From the NCBI GenBank assembly GCA_049852185.1, contig CP187540.1: DNA of 64,000 nt; one strand, given 5' to 3'. The stretch comes from Methanocaldococcus sp. 28A. GTDB lineage: Archaea > AGJL01 > Methanococci > Methanococcales > Methanocaldococcaceae. Position 1 is the first letter of the stretch. Every line of letters starts with the position of its first letter. Of the stretch, positions 52,655 through 64,000 are shown in pieces. The notes beneath the pieces are model-generated. The model saw nothing but the letters and a program-made list of their open reading frames with translations. It was not told the DNA's origin and did no database searches. A program made the translations under genes and the position numbers.

Positions 52655-55057
52655 CTAATCAATTTTTAGTCTTTTTAACAGAAGAATTTTAATTTCATCT
52701 TCAAGTAACATCCAAGCATGGGCAAATACCCACATAAATAAAGCTAAATTCCATCCAATTGGTGCCATAAATATTCCTTCAGCAGCCACTATAGTTCCTA
52801 TTATGTTTGTTCCCATAACTCCCCAAAATAGCCATTTATTTGGATATGGCTTTTTATAAAATCTATCTCTAATTCTTGTAACAAATATAGTAGCATGTCC
52901 TGCTAATATCAACTTTAAAAATACAAAGCTTTGCAATTCTGCAATTGTTAAATGTAAGAAAACATCTGCTATGTAGAATATTAAGAATGAACCTACGACA
53001 CCACTAAATCCCAATATAGTAGATATAATTAGAATCTCTTTCATTTTCCATTTTGCAGGATATTTTGGCTCAATAACATTGTCATAAGCTATTGCCAATA
53101 TGGGAATATCATTTAAGATTGCTAAAAGCACAATCATCAAAGCAGTTATTGGATATATTCCTAAGATTAATATACAGAGCTCAACAAAAAATAAGATTCT
53201 TATTGTCTCAGTAATTCTATAAATAACATAACTTTCCATTCTTTGAAATATTCTTCTCGCCTCTTGAATGGCATCAACAATAACAGAGATTCCTGGAGAT
53301 AATAAGACAATATCAGCAGCAGCTCTTGCGGCATCTGTTGCATTAGAAACTGCAATCCCACAATCAGCTTTTTTTAAAGCTGGAGCATCATTAACTCCAT
53401 CTCCAGTCATTGCTACCATATGGTTTTTCTTTTGCAATGAATCAACAATCTTATATTTATGCTCTGGAAATACCTCAGCAAATCCATCTGATTCTTCAAT
53501 AATATCAATAAATTCCTCTTCTTTAATTTCTCCTCTTTTTAATTTTTTCAACAATTCACTTATAGATATAATTTTGTCTCCAATTCCAAGCATCTTTGCA
53601 ATATTTTTTGCTATTGCTATATGGTCACCAGTAACCATCTTTATTTTAACTCCAAGTTCTTTAATCTTCTTAACTGCCAAAGGTGCATCTTCTCTTGGAG
53701 GGTCGTACAATGGAATTATTCCAACAAAGTACCATTTATTATTTTTATATACAGCTACACCTAAAGCTCTATAACCATTTTCAGCAAGTTTATTAACTAT
53801 TTCATTCACTTTCTTTCTTAAATTTTCATCTGCATTGCATAAGTCTAATATAACTTGAGGAGCCCCTTTTGAGACTTTAAACTCCTCTCCATTTGTAACA
53901 TCTGCTTCTGTCCTTTTAATAACTGGGTCAAAGGGTATGAATTTTTTTATTTTATATTTTTTTATTTTTTCAATTAAACCCAATTTTTTAGCCTCATTTA
54001 AAATTGCAGTATCTATAGCATCAGCATCTTCCTCTCTTGATGCCAAAGCAGCATATAAAATAACATCCTCCTTAGTAAAATTATTTAGAGCTATTATCTC
54101 TCCACATACGAGTTGATTTTTTGTCAAAGTTCCAGTTTTGTCTGAGCAGAGAATATCAACTCCTGCCAACTCCTCAATAGAAACAAGCTTTTTTACTATG
54201 ACATCTTTCTTTGCTAAATTTAATGCCCCTATAGCCATTGTTATTGAGAGAACAGCAGGCATTGCTGCAGGTATAGCAGAAACAGCCAACACTAAGGCAA
54301 ATTGAGCCGTTTCTATTAAGCTCTTTCCTCTAAATAACTCAACGGCAACCATTATTGCTATTAAAACAACTGACAAAATTATCAAATAGTTTCCAATATT
54401 AACAATCATCTTTTGATAAGAACTAACTTTTCCTGCCTTTTCAACCAACTTAACAGTTTTTCCAAAGTATGTATTTAGAGCAGTAGCTTTAACCACTCCA
54501 GTCATTTCTCCCTTTTTAACAATAGAACCAGAATAAGCAATATCCCCTATTTTCTTTTCTACTGGCAAACTCTCTCCAGTTAAGGCGGATTCATCCACAA
54601 CTAAATAATCCCCTTCGACTAATATTATATCAGCTGGAACAATATCTCCAATTCTTACTCTAATAACATCTCCTGGCACTAATTCTTTTGCTAAAATTGT
54701 TTTCCACTTTCCATCTCTTAAAACTCTTGCATTTAAAGCCATTTTTTGTTTTAAATATTCTATAACATTCTCTGCTTTATGTTCTTCCCAAAAACCTACG
54801 ACTCCATTAACAATTAATAAAATTAAAATTATAACAAAATCTACCCAGTGTTTGATTATAGCTGACAAAATAGCTGCTATCTCAATCATCCAAGCAATAG
54901 GATTCCAAAAGTATGATAGAAATTTGATTATTGGATGTACTTTCTTTTCTGGGATTTCATTATAACCATAAATTTTTAATCTTTCTTTTGCCTCTTCTGT
55001 AGATAATCCAGTTCTCAAAGAGGTTTTATATTCTTCTTCAATTTTTTTGATGTCCAT
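52655..55057 (-). CDS. P-type IIIA (H+-type) ATPase
   Basis: TGES, DKTGTLT, KGAP, DPPR, TGDGVNDAPALK. Confidence 0.93.
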   Translation of the reverse strand: MDIKKIEEEYKTSLRTGLSTEEAKERLKIYGYNEIPEKKVHPIIKFLSYFWNPIAWMIEIAAILSAIIKHWVDFVIILILLIVNGVVGFWEEHKAENVIEYLKQKMALNARVLRDGKWKTILAKELVPGDVIRVRIGDIVPADIILVEGDYLVVDESALTGESLPVEKKIGDIAYSGSIVKKGEMTGVVKATALNTYFGKTVKLVEKAGKVSSYQKMIVNIGNYLIILSVVLIAIMVAVELFRGKSLIETAQFALVLAVSAIPAAMPAVLSITMAIGALNLAKKDVIVKKLVSIEELAGVDILCSDKTGTLTKNQLVCGEIIALNNFTKEDVILYAALASREEDADAIDTAILNEAKKLGLIEKIKKYKIKKFIPFDPVIKRTEADVTNGEEFKVSKGAPQVILDLCNADENLRKKVNEIVNKLAENGYRALGVAVYKNNKWYFVGIIPLYDPPREDAPLAVKKIKELGVKIKMVTGDHIAIAKNIAKMLGIGDKIISISELLKKLKRGEIKEEEFIDIIEESDGFAEVFPEHKYKIVDSLQKKNHMVAMTGDGVNDAPALKKADCGIAVSNATDAARAAADIVLLSPGISVIVDAIQEARRIFQRMESYVIYRITETIRILFFVELCILILGIYPITALMIVLLAILNDIPILAIAYDNVIEPKYPAKWKMKEILIISTILGFSGVVGSFLIFYIADVFLHLTIAELQSFVFLKLILAGHATIFVTRIRDRFYKKPYPNKWLFWGVMGTNIIGTIVAAEGIFMAPIGWNLALFMWVFAHAWMLLEDEIKILLLKRLKID

Positions 55058-55182
55058 AAATATCCCCTATATGTGGAAAAATAATAAATTAAAAAATATA
55101 GACTTCTAAAAGTATCTAAAAATTTATTAATATAATATATGTTGAATGTTCTATTTATATATTTATGCAAAATAAGCTAAAC

Positions 55183-55847
55183 TGTGGTATCCCAAAAATA
55201 TTTCGCATCTATAAATAATAAAAAAGATAACATAAATAATATGGGCGGTGTAAAACTTGACGATAAAAAGATTAAGGAAATTATTAGATGGAAGGAGAAG
55301 GGATTTAAAACGAGAGATATTGCTAAGAAGTTGGAGATATCCACTCGTAAAGTTCAGCAGATATGGAAAGAATATCGAGAGACTGTAGAAATCCCAAATA
55401 TAAAGCGTAAAGGTCGAAACCCGAGAGAAATTACTCAGGAAGAGATAGATATTGTCCTTAAAGCAGTCGAAGAATATAAGGGAACAAGCCCAGTCCATTT
55501 GGAGCATTTTATCGAACGTAGGTATAATATACATATTCCACATAATCGTATATATACTATACTGAAACAATATGGTAAAATACAACCTAAATAGGAAAAG
55601 TTGAACGGATAAATAGAGAGGTGAGTATCGACTAAATAGATTTGATAGTTTAGAAGAGTTCGTAGATTGAATGAAATCACTAATGTGATTTCATAGCTCT
55701 TCACTACGCTCCAATTGAAATAATAAAATAAAACCACATCGTTCTTTAGATTATAGGACTCCTTATGAAGTTTATTTCGGAAATATAGTTAATAATATGG
55801 AGGTAATTTCATGAATTATAATTGCGAAATAATTTCAGGATACCACA
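55183..55847 (+). mobile_element. IS481-family remnant, internally deleted (665 bp)
   Basis: TGT..ACA ends, 25-bp imperfect TIRs TGTGGTATCCCAAAAATATTTCGCA / TGTGGTATCCTGAAATTATTTCGCA; HTH-only ORF 55240-55594 followed by broken integrase-core relics. Confidence 0.85.
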
Positions 55848-55866
55848 CTGAATTTGGAGGGAGATT

Positions 55867-57707
55867 ATGAAAAAAATGCTAGCTTTGCTGTTAATAATAT
55901 TTCTTTTAAATTCAGCTTTTGCAGTAATTATAAAAGCTCCAGCTGTGTCTTTGACAGATGTAGGATATATTGGAGTTCCAATAAATATACAAATAAATGT
56001 TACTAAAGGAGATGGGCACGTTTTCATGGATACTATGCCCTTAACTGAATTAGACATGCAGGGCTCTGCAAGAATCGCTGCAAGAGTGGCAGGAGAAGTA
56101 ACAGGAAAAGACATAAACAAATACAATACCTACATTATTGTTAGAAGTGATGTTCCAGTTATTGGAGGGCCATCAGCAGGAGGAACAATGACTATAGGTA
56201 TTATCTGTGCATTAATGAACTGGACTATAAATAAAAATGTTATGATGACGGGTACAATAAACCCGGATGGTAGTATTGGTCCAGTAGGGGGAATTTTGGA
56301 AAAAATAGAAGCAGCTAAAAAAGCAAATTGTACAATTATGCTAATACCAAAAGGGCAGAGGTATATTGAAGTAGATGGTAATAAAGTAGATGCAGTGGAA
56401 TTTGGTAAAAAATTGGGGATTAAAGTTATAGAAGTAGGAAGTATTTATGATGCAATTCCTTACTTTACTAATAAAAAAATTGTTATGAAAGAATATCCTA
56501 AAAATCCAATTATTGAGGATAAATACCAAAAAATAATGAAACATTTATGTGAAGACATCTTAAAATTGGCAAATAAAAAGTATGAAAATGTATCCAAAGA
56601 ATTGAATGAAGACTTATATATTATTAATTATGAATATCAAAAAATGTTATCGTCTGAGCTAATAGCTTCAAAAACCTTATTAGAGAAAGCTAATCAAGAA
56701 TATATAAAGCTAATCAAGAATATATTAATAATAAATATTATTCTGCAACATGTTCAGCATTTAATGCATTAATTAAACTTGAAACTATTGAACATACCCT
56801 AAAATACTTAACTGGTGAAGAAGATATAAAAAATTACCTTTTAAATGTTCAAAATAAGATAAACTATGATAAAGAAATAGTTTATTCAAAAAATTTAACT
56901 GTAGATAACTTTGAAGAAATATTAGCAGGAAGAGTTAGAATTGCTGAAGCTGAAGAGCTCTTAGACAAAGCTTGGAAGTCTTATTACTTAGGAAATTATG
57001 ACGATGCAATAAAATACGGTAGCTTTGCAAAGTTAAGAGGGGATAGTGCAGTGTGGTGGGTTTCTTTATATGAAAACAATGAAAGTGAAAGAATAAATGA
57101 ATCTAAATTAAAATCTTTAGCTCAGCAGTATTTAGATAATGCTGAAACAATTTCAACTTATGTAGAGACATTATACCCTAACTTAGTTACTGGAGATCTT
57201 GAAAATGATTTAGAATCAGCAAAAAAAGCTTATAATCAGAAAGATTATCTATTGGCAATAGCTAAAAGCATAGACACTTGCGTAAAAGCAGAGATTCCAT
57301 TAGTTATATTTGGGGATATGAAATATTTTATAGAATATTTAAAAAAATATTCAAGAGATAAAATAAACATGGCTGAAAACTTAGGAATAACTCCAATATC
57401 TGCCCTTGGTTATTATGAATATGCAAATAGCTTAGATGACAACATATCAAAGATTATGTATTATAAATATAGCTCATACTATGCCCAAATGGATGTAGAT
57501 GTGGTAAAAGAGTTGAATGAGGTTAATAAAGGAACTAAAGAAAGTTTTGAGAATGAAATTGATATAATTAATACAAATGAAAATATTGTTAATGAAGAAA
57601 CTGCCACAAAGCAAAATAATAATAACATTACCATTATCATATCTACAATAGTTGGAGGACTGATAGGGTTTGTAGGAGGATACTTTGCAAGAAAAGTTTC
57701 TACTTAA
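55867..57707 (+). pseudogene. Secreted S16 (Lon proteolytic domain) serine protease, frameshifted
   Basis: Signal peptide, [16 protein letters not shown]-terminal TM; frame broken by a 20-bp tandem duplication at 56686-56725. Confidence 0.88.
56686..56725 (+). repeat. Perfect 20-bp tandem duplication
   Basis: AAAGCTAATCAAGAATATAT x2. Confidence 0.95.
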
Positions 57708-57712
57708 TTAGA

Positions 57713-57979
57713 CTGTTTCCCATTTCCATAGCTTATCATAGTATAACAAATTATCATACAAACTGATAGCTATGGAAATGTGTTGTCCTCAACCCATAGC
57801 TTCATAGAGATTACTAATCTCTCTACTAAGGGTTCATTGGACTTCGGGCTGAACGGATACAGCCCCACAAACCTTATATTATTAAATTATGTTAGCCTCG
57901 AAGGTAGAGCCCTCTCATCAGCCAATAAATTAATATTACCTTTTATATTTTACAATATGCTATAGAAACCAGAAAACTG
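57713..57979 (-). mobile_element. Non-autonomous IS607/IS605-like miniature carrying an omega-RNA-like RNA
   Basis: Minus strand begins CAGTTTTC and ends GGGAAACAG; contains TGTGGGGC..GTTCAGCCCGAA..CCAATGAACCC..GGGTTGA and a long terminal hairpin at 57721-57780; 267 bp versus 266 bp for the 4122 element. Confidence 0.55.
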
Positions 57980-57981
57980 TT

Positions 57982-58041
57982 TCAAACTCTCTTTTTAATC
58001 TCCCTTGCTATTACCCTACTCAATGTTGGTGGAACACTCTC
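57982..58041 (-). repeat. Second, recoded copy of the DNA methylase 3' end (ESVPPTLSRVIAREIKKRV*)
   Basis: 60-bp direct repeat of 58111-58170; 9 synonymous and 3 non-synonymous codon differences. Confidence 0.92.
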
Positions 58042-58044
58042 CTC

Positions 58045-58108
58045 CGAACCTTTTAGTAAAAGCTTCACTAAAACATAACACCTCCTCGCTTACACTCGGA
58101 GGTGTAAC
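58045..58108. repeat. Palindromic repeat family P
   Basis: GAACCTTTTAGTAAAAGCTTC palindrome plus ACACCTCC-TCGCTTACACTC-GGAGGTGT hairpin. Confidence 0.85.
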
Positions 58109-58110
58109 TT

Positions 58111-59052
58111 TTATAACCTCTTTTTAATTTCTTGAGCTATAACTCTACTTAATATTGGCGGAACGCTTTCTCCAATTTGATTATATTGAGCATCTCTTCC
58201 TCCAAAAAATACAAAATTATCAGGATAGCTCATTAATCTTGCTTGTTCTCTTACAGTTAATAATCTATCTTCATAAGGATGAACAAATCTACTTCTTCCT
58301 TTAACAGTTGGGGCTAACTTATGAGGATGGAGACGATACCAATTAAACATTAGTTTTTTCTTTCCTCTATATCTATATAATGCCTCTCCCCACTTTAATT
58401 TTGATATTTTTTCTATTTTTTCCTTAGAAAGCTTTTTAATCTCATGGTTTTTAGCATCTTTTGGAATATCTTTTAATGCTTCATCAACAACAACGATTTT
58501 ATCTACTTTTTCTGGTTTTAATTTTATATTTGAAATAAACATCCTTGCTCTTTTTGAAGGATTTCCGTAATCTTCAGCTTTCAATATATTAAAATAAACC
58601 TTATGCCCTATATCTCCAAACAACTTTTTTAATTCATCCTTAATTTCTTTAATTTGTGGGACATTTTCCATAACAAATATTAAATCATCATTTTTTTGTG
58701 TAAAGTAATCAACATAATTAATATAGTATAAAACTAACCTACCAATTTTGTCTTTATACAATCTATCTAATGGATTATCTTTAATTAGTTTATTTGCCTT
58801 TGTAAATGGCTCACATGGAGGAGAGCCGATAATTACATCAACTTTCTCATTTTTTATAAATTCATCAAATGCTTTTGGAGGAATTTTCTTTATATCATCC
58901 ATCCACACTGGAGCTTTGATATTGTATAGATAAGTTTTAACTACTGGCTTAAAGTTCTCAATAGCTCCCAAAATTTTAAAGTTTTCATCTAAAAAACCTT
59001 TTGAAAATCCTCCACATCCACAAAATAAATCTATGACATTTATAGTTTCCAT
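58111..59052 (-). CDS. Orphan C5-cytosine DNA methyltransferase
   Basis: DLFCGCGG, GSPPC, ENV, R.RMF, LTVREQARL, QIGESVPP; no adjacent endonuclease. Confidence 0.92.
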   Translation of the reverse strand: METINVIDLFCGCGGFSKGFLDENFKILGAIENFKPVVKTYLYNIKAPVWMDDIKKIPPKAFDEFIKNEKVDVIIGSPPCEPFTKANKLIKDNPLDRLYKDKIGRLVLYYINYVDYFTQKNDDLIFVMENVPQIKEIKDELKKLFGDIGHKVYFNILKAEDYGNPSKRARMFISNIKLKPEKVDKIVVVDEALKDIPKDAKNHEIKKLSKEKIEKISKLKWGEALYRYRGKKKLMFNWYRLHPHKLAPTVKGRSRFVHPYEDRLLTVREQARLMSYPDNFVFFGGRDAQYNQIGESVPPILSRVIAQEIKKRL

Positions 59053-59170
59053 AATTTCACCACTAAATAAATTATTAAAAATCTTAATTAAAAAATTATA
59101 TCAAAAAATTAAATTAAAAACTAAATCTCTAAATCTTAACCTTAAAATAAATAAAATAAAAATAGATTTT

Positions 59171-61861
59171 TTATTTTTTATTGTTTATTTTTTTAATGAA
59201 CTCAATAACCTTCTTTTTAATTTCCTCTATCTCTCCGTCATATTTTCCTTGAGCTAAATGCTCTCTTCCCCCTCCTTTAGCAATATGTCTTATAAGTTCA
59301 GCCATATTTATATCAACATTTTCTCCTCTTTTGCATAGTATATTGCCCTTATCATTTAATAATACAACTATATCATTTTCAGTAGCTAAGTTATCAGCTA
59401 TATTCAACATTTCCTTTGGATTTGCTTCAACTTTTTCAACTAAAACTTTGTAATTTCTAATAGTCTCAAACTTATTCATTAATTCAAATTTCTTAAGTTC
59501 TCCTATCTTTTTCTCTAACTCCTCTATTTTCTTTCTTTGTTCTTTCCACTCTTCAAAGAATCTCTTTATAACTTTTGGTAATTCTTCAGTAGGACATCTT
59601 AAAATTTCAGCACTTTCCTCTAAAGTATCTTCCATATTTTGCACAGCTTTTAAAGCACTTAATCCACTTGAATAAATCAACCTCTCTACACCATCTTGAA
59701 CTCTTTCTGTCTTAATTATCTTTATAAATCCAACTTCTCCAGTGTTTTCACAATGAGTTCCTCCACATGCTTGAACATCTACAATATTTCCATTTTCATC
59801 CTCAATAATGAGTATTCTCAAAACATTTCCTGGAACTACTCCTCCTTGATATATTCTAAATCCAAACTTCTCTTCAGCTTTATTTCTATCCATAAATACA
59901 CTTTTTATATTGTAATTATTTAGAACAATTTCATTAGCTATTCTCTCAATTTCTTTCAGCTCTTCTCTGCTTATTCTCTTATAGTGAGTTATATCTAATC
60001 TTGCTTTATCTACATCAACATCTGAACCTGCTTGCCAAACATGCTTTCCTAAAACCTTTTGAGCTGCTGCATTTATAATGTGTGTTGCAGTGTGGTTTCT
60101 CATTAAACTCAACCTTCTATCCCAATCAATAATCCCTTTAATATTATCTCCTTCTTTTAATTCATCATTTAAGTTTTCTATTTTATGATATACAATGTCA
60201 CTTTCTTTCTGCACATCAATAACTCTAAACTTCTTATCTCCTTTTATTATATATCCTGTATCTGCCTTCTGTCCACCTCCCTCTGGATAGAATGCAGTTT
60301 TATCTAAGATTATATAATCATCAACAACCTTTAAGACTTTAGCTTCAAACTCTTTCATTTTTGGATATTTATAAAACAAAAGCTCAGTTTTTTCTACATC
60401 AACTTCTGGCAACTTAACTTTTTCTTTAATTTCTTTTCTGTTTTCGTGCCTCTCAGCAACTATTGTATAAAAGTTATCTGGAATGCTAATATCTTTTCCT
60501 AAAGATTTAGCGACATCTTTAACTATTTCTGGAGGTAATCCATGGCTGTCATACAACTCAATTAGATTATCTAAATCTATGGTTTCTTTACTCTTTAACA
60601 ATCTCTCCACAATTCCTTTTCCTCTTTCAATTGTCTGTCTATACTTTTTAGTTTCAATTTCTAAGATTTCCATAATATAATCTTCCATATCCAATAGCTC
60701 TGGATATAAATCTTTCAAATCTTTTAACTGCATTGCAACAATCTCGGTTATTGGTATTGAGAGGTTTAATCTATCCATGTGCCTTAATGTTTTTCTTATA
60801 AGCATTCTAACTAAATATCCATCTTTAACATTTGACGGAACTATTCCATCTCCTAACATGAAAGCTAAAGCTCTTGTGTGGTCTGCTATTGCATAAATAT
60901 CTTCATAAGGGGCTATTATCATGTCTAATTCATCAACTGGAATATTTACTTTATTAGCAACCTCCTCTCTCAACTTCCTCAAATCTCCAACATCCTTAAC
61001 ATCCATCAAACCAGCAACTTCTGTAATTTTAGCTAATATTTCTTTATCTATATCTTTAACTCCAGCATCTTCCTTCAATTTATTAACAATATTTTTGAAT
61101 ATAGCATCATATATTGTTGGTTCTCCAGTTGAAGCCCAAACAAATCTCTCAATTCCATAACCAGTATCGACTATTTTTAATGGTATTTCTTTATAGCTGT
61201 CTCCAACTTTTTCATACTGCATAAAAACTAAAGTAGCTAATTCAACTCCATGTGTTATTACTTCATAGCATGGCCCAGCATTTCCTCCTCCTTCCCACCA
61301 ACTCTCAATAAATGTTATAGATTTCTCATTAATTCCTAATTTTTTAAAGAAATTAAAACAAAGCTCAACAGTTTCATCCTGCCAATATTTAAAATCATTT
61401 TCTCTATTAAAAGCATGATGTCCTCCCATTGTGAAGCATGTTAAATGCCTTCCTGTTCTTCCAACGTTATCTATATCGTTCAACCTAATACATGGCTGAG
61501 CTATAACTAAAGGATTTGCTTTTGGCTTCACTATTCCCTTAGTAACCCATGGTTGAAATACTGCTATAGAAGCTATTGTTAATAAAATATCATCTCTCCA
61601 TCTTCTTGCAGTTACAGGAGCTCTTTTTATTGGTTCATGCCCATGCTCTTTAAAGAAGTTTATAAATTCATTAACCATCTCTTTATAATCATAAGGCTTT
61701 TTAGTTATTGGTTTTCCTATAAAGGAATAGACATCACAAGGTGCATCTCCACATGTCTCTCTATCTTCATCCAAAGTCCAAAAGTATTGTCCACATTTTT
61801 TACATTTCTTTCTTACAAATCCCAATTCATCAAACAATTTTACTTTGTAATTATGTTCCAT
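59171..61861 (-). CDS. alaS: Alanyl-tRNA synthetase
   Basis: [29 protein letters not shown]. Confidence 0.96.
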   Translation of the reverse strand: MEHNYKVKLFDELGFVRKKCKKCGQYFWTLDEDRETCGDAPCDVYSFIGKPITKKPYDYKEMVNEFINFFKEHGHEPIKRAPVTARRWRDDILLTIASIAVFQPWVTKGIVKPKANPLVIAQPCIRLNDIDNVGRTGRHLTCFTMGGHHAFNRENDFKYWQDETVELCFNFFKKLGINEKSITFIESWWEGGGNAGPCYEVITHGVELATLVFMQYEKVGDSYKEIPLKIVDTGYGIERFVWASTGEPTIYDAIFKNIVNKLKEDAGVKDIDKEILAKITEVAGLMDVKDVGDLRKLREEVANKVNIPVDELDMIIAPYEDIYAIADHTRALAFMLGDGIVPSNVKDGYLVRMLIRKTLRHMDRLNLSIPITEIVAMQLKDLKDLYPELLDMEDYIMEILEIETKKYRQTIERGKGIVERLLKSKETIDLDNLIELYDSHGLPPEIVKDVAKSLGKDISIPDNFYTIVAERHENRKEIKEKVKLPEVDVEKTELLFYKYPKMKEFEAKVLKVVDDYIILDKTAFYPEGGGQKADTGYIIKGDKKFRVIDVQKESDIVYHKIENLNDELKEGDNIKGIIDWDRRLSLMRNHTATHIINAAAQKVLGKHVWQAGSDVDVDKARLDITHYKRISREELKEIERIANEIVLNNYNIKSVFMDRNKAEEKFGFRIYQGGVVPGNVLRILIIEDENGNIVDVQACGGTHCENTGEVGFIKIIKTERVQDGVERLIYSSGLSALKAVQNMEDTLEESAEILRCPTEELPKVIKRFFEEWKEQRKKIEELEKKIGELKKFELMNKFETIRNYKVLVEKVEANPKEMLNIADNLATENDIVVLLNDKGNILCKRGENVDINMAELIRHIAKGGGREHLAQGKYDGEIEEIKKKVIEFIKKINNKK

Positions 61862-61925
61862 TTCATCACCTTAATGATTTTTATAAATTAATCTATGATT
61901 TAGATAAGTTATATTTAAATATTAA

Positions 61926-62024
61926 TTAGGACTTCACATTTTATATGTTAAATTTGGAACGTTAATACTTTTCCTTTAGTGCTTATATCCAATAAAATAT
62001 TCCGGTTCTGCGAAAAAGTCCTGT
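61926..62024. repeat. MITE family B, degenerate
   Basis: TAGGACTTCAC / CTGCGAAAAAGTCCTGT; a further solo end at 62113. Confidence 0.6.
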
Positions 62025-62260
62025 TATAGTTCCACTATAAATTGACATTAAGATTTTTAAATTTATGTTGTTATTTAACAATTCAAATTTAAAAATTCAA
62101 AAAGTTTTTATAATAAGACTTTCGCAGGAATACGTGTTCTAAAGGCAATTTTTAATGCTACATGGACCATTTTTTCATCAAATATGTAAACTCCATAATA
62201 TTCTAAATAAATGTTATATTTCAATAACTACACCACAAAAAAGCTTAATGGTGGATAATT

Positions 62261-62944
62261 GTGTCAAATGAAGAGTTAAAATTAAAAGTAGCTAAAGAAG
62301 CTGTGAAGTTAGTTAAAGATGGGATGGTTATTGGATTGGGGACTGGTTCAACAGCAGCTTTATTTATCAGAGAACTTGGAAATAGAATTCAAGATGAAGA
62401 ACTAACTGTATTTGGAATCCCTACATCATTTGAAGCCAAAATGTTGGCTATGCAATATGGAATACCATTAGTTACCTTAGATGAATATGATGTAGATATT
62501 GCATTTGATGGCGCTGATGAAGTTGAAGAAAAGACTTTATTTTTAATAAAAGGTGGCGGAGGTTGTCATACTCAGGAGAAGATAGTAGATTACAACGCAA
62601 ATGAATTTGTAGTTTTAATAGATGAAAGTAAATTAGTTAAAAAATTGGGAGAAAAGTTTCCAATACCTGTAGAGGTTTTACCTTCAGCGTATAGAGTGGT
62701 AATTAGAGCTTTATCAGAAATGGGAGGAGAAGCTGTGATTAGATTGGGAGATAGAAAAAGAGGACCTGTTATAACAGACAATGGAAATATGCTTATAGAT
62801 GTGTTTATGAAAAATATTAGTGACCCTATAGAACTTGAGAAAGAAATTAATAACATCCCTGGAGTAGTTGAAAATGGTATCTTTACAAAAGTAGATAAAG
62901 TATTAGTAGGGACAAAAAAAGGAGTAAAAACCTTAAAGAAATAA
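62261..62944 (+). CDS. rpiA: Ribose-5-phosphate isomerase A
   Basis: GLGTGST, DGADEV, IKGGGG, TDNGN. Confidence 0.96.
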   Translation: MSNEELKLKVAKEAVKLVKDGMVIGLGTGSTAALFIRELGNRIQDEELTVFGIPTSFEAKMLAMQYGIPLVTLDEYDVDIAFDGADEVEEKTLFLIKGGGGCHTQEKIVDYNANEFVVLIDESKLVKKLGEKFPIPVEVLPSAYRVVIRALSEMGGEAVIRLGDRKRGPVITDNGNMLIDVFMKNISDPIELEKEINNIPGVVENGIFTKVDKVLVGTKKGVKTLKK

Positions 62945-63170
62945 TCTTTTTTTATTTTTACCTAACCATAGTTTCCATCAAATGTATATAAACATATATA
63001 ATAATATAAACATATATAATAGAAGACATAATAAGGATGTGAAAATATAAAAAAATCAGATATACCAATAATTAAGTGTTTAATAAAGCTTATACGAGCG
63101 AAATTTTACCCGATAGTAGAGGGATATAAATCACCCTATAATCCGCAGGGAAAAATATTTCTATTAGACT

Positions 63171-63288
63171 TAGAGTTGTGTGCAAAATGCAATAAACTTT
63201 TATAATGATAATTTGAATGCCTTCTATAAGGAAGACCTTCTAAAATTAATACCTTATTTTATTTAAAATAGTTTTGCACACAACTATA
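63171..63288. repeat. MITE family A
   Basis: AGTTGTGTGCAAAA / TTTTGCACACAACT. Confidence 0.88.
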
Positions 63289-63465
63289 ATAATCTTTTCG
63301 GTTTTGGCAATGATGTATTTTTCAGATTTGGTTATAGTTATATATAATACTCAGTTGTGCATATTTAATGCATATTCGTAGATACTTTATAATATTTATA
63401 CTGCGAAAGTCCCTATATTATTTTATTATTATTAAATATTAATTATATTAATAAATAAGGTGGAA

Positions 63466-64000
63466 GTGTTGGAGGTTGTTAAGAAAAAAGATGTTGAAGG
63501 AATTCTACATATTTTGGGAGGTATTATAAGTATTATTGGGTTTTTCACTTTAGTTCCTTGTATTGTTGCTATATACTATAATGAAAAGACTATATTTGAT
63601 TTTTTAATACCAGGGATATTCTTTACTATATTTGGATTTATATTAAAAAAGGTTACTAAACCAAGAAATTTAAAATTACATCATACCATGATTGCATCAG
63701 CATTATCTTGGTTAGTTGCTTCACTTATAGGAGCTATTCCTCTATATTTATCAATACCTTATTTTTCTTATGTTGATGCCGTATATGAAAGCATGTCTGC
63801 TTGGACTACAACTGGAATGACATTAATTCCTAATGTTGAGATTTTACCAAAATCTGTTTTATTTTGGAGGAGTTTTCAGCAGTGGATTGGAGGAGTTGGG
63901 ATTTTAGTTTTATCCGCCCTTGTTTTAGCAAGGTCTGGAACTGTTGCTTATCTTTTATATACCTCTGAGGCAAGGCAGGAAAGAATAATGCCAAGTGCCA
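63466..64000 (+). CDS. trkH: TrkH/TrkG potassium uptake membrane protein (5' part, runs off window)
   Basis: Open frame from GTG; YESMSAWTTTG, WRSFQQWIGGVG. Confidence 0.9.
   Translation, partial: MLEVVKKKDVEGILHILGGIISIIGFFTLVPCIVAIYYNEKTIFDFLIPGIFFTIFGFILKKVTKPRNLKLHHTMIASALSWLVASLIGAIPLYLSIPYFSYVDAVYESMSAWTTTGMTLIPNVEILPKSVLFWRSFQQWIGGVGILVLSALVLARSGTVAYLLYTSEARQERIMPSA

Noticed and set aside
57780-57965. 61-aa + strand ORF
   Set aside because: Antisense to the omega-RNA-like miniature; no protein features
58111-59052. Restriction-modification system
   Set aside because: No endonuclease gene nearby; orphan methylase
63040-63170. Mildly GC-enriched spacer with an open frame lacking a start codon
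   Set aside because: No recognisable motif, convincing fold or boxes; insufficient evidence
63306-63356. GGCAATGATG resembling a C box
   Set aside because: No complete C box and no D'/C'/D boxes at the proper spacing; lies within decayed MITE B sequence

Overview
AT-rich archaeal chromosome segment whose gene content and order resemble Methanocaldococcus (hyperthermophilic methanogen; inferred from protein similarity to M. jannaschii orthologues as I recall them). It is mostly housekeeping: korBC, lysS, nadM, ppsA, rpl10e, minD, connectase, nikR, rqcH, ehb subunits, intein-bearing glmS, lonB, trpS, pycAB, eIF5A, P-type ATPase, alaS, rpiA, trkH. The non-coding and mobile layer is rich. (1) A palindromic repeat family sits four times between a gene's 3' end and a second, synonymously recoded copy of that same 3' end (korC, a hypothetical gene, lysS, a C5 DNA methylase), which suggests an allele or 3'-end replacement mechanism. 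(2) Three orphan GC-rich RNA cassettes look derived from tnpB/omega-RNA loci. Two are about 266-bp IS607-like miniatures, and one has a putative guide that reads the repeat family itself. (3) An intact IS701-like element splits form III RuBisCO and shares termini with a MITE family. (4) There are also a second MITE family, two decayed IS elements, a double-guide C/D box sRNA, and a protease gene frameshifted by a 20-bp tandem duplication. No CRISPR array, rRNA or tRNA was seen.
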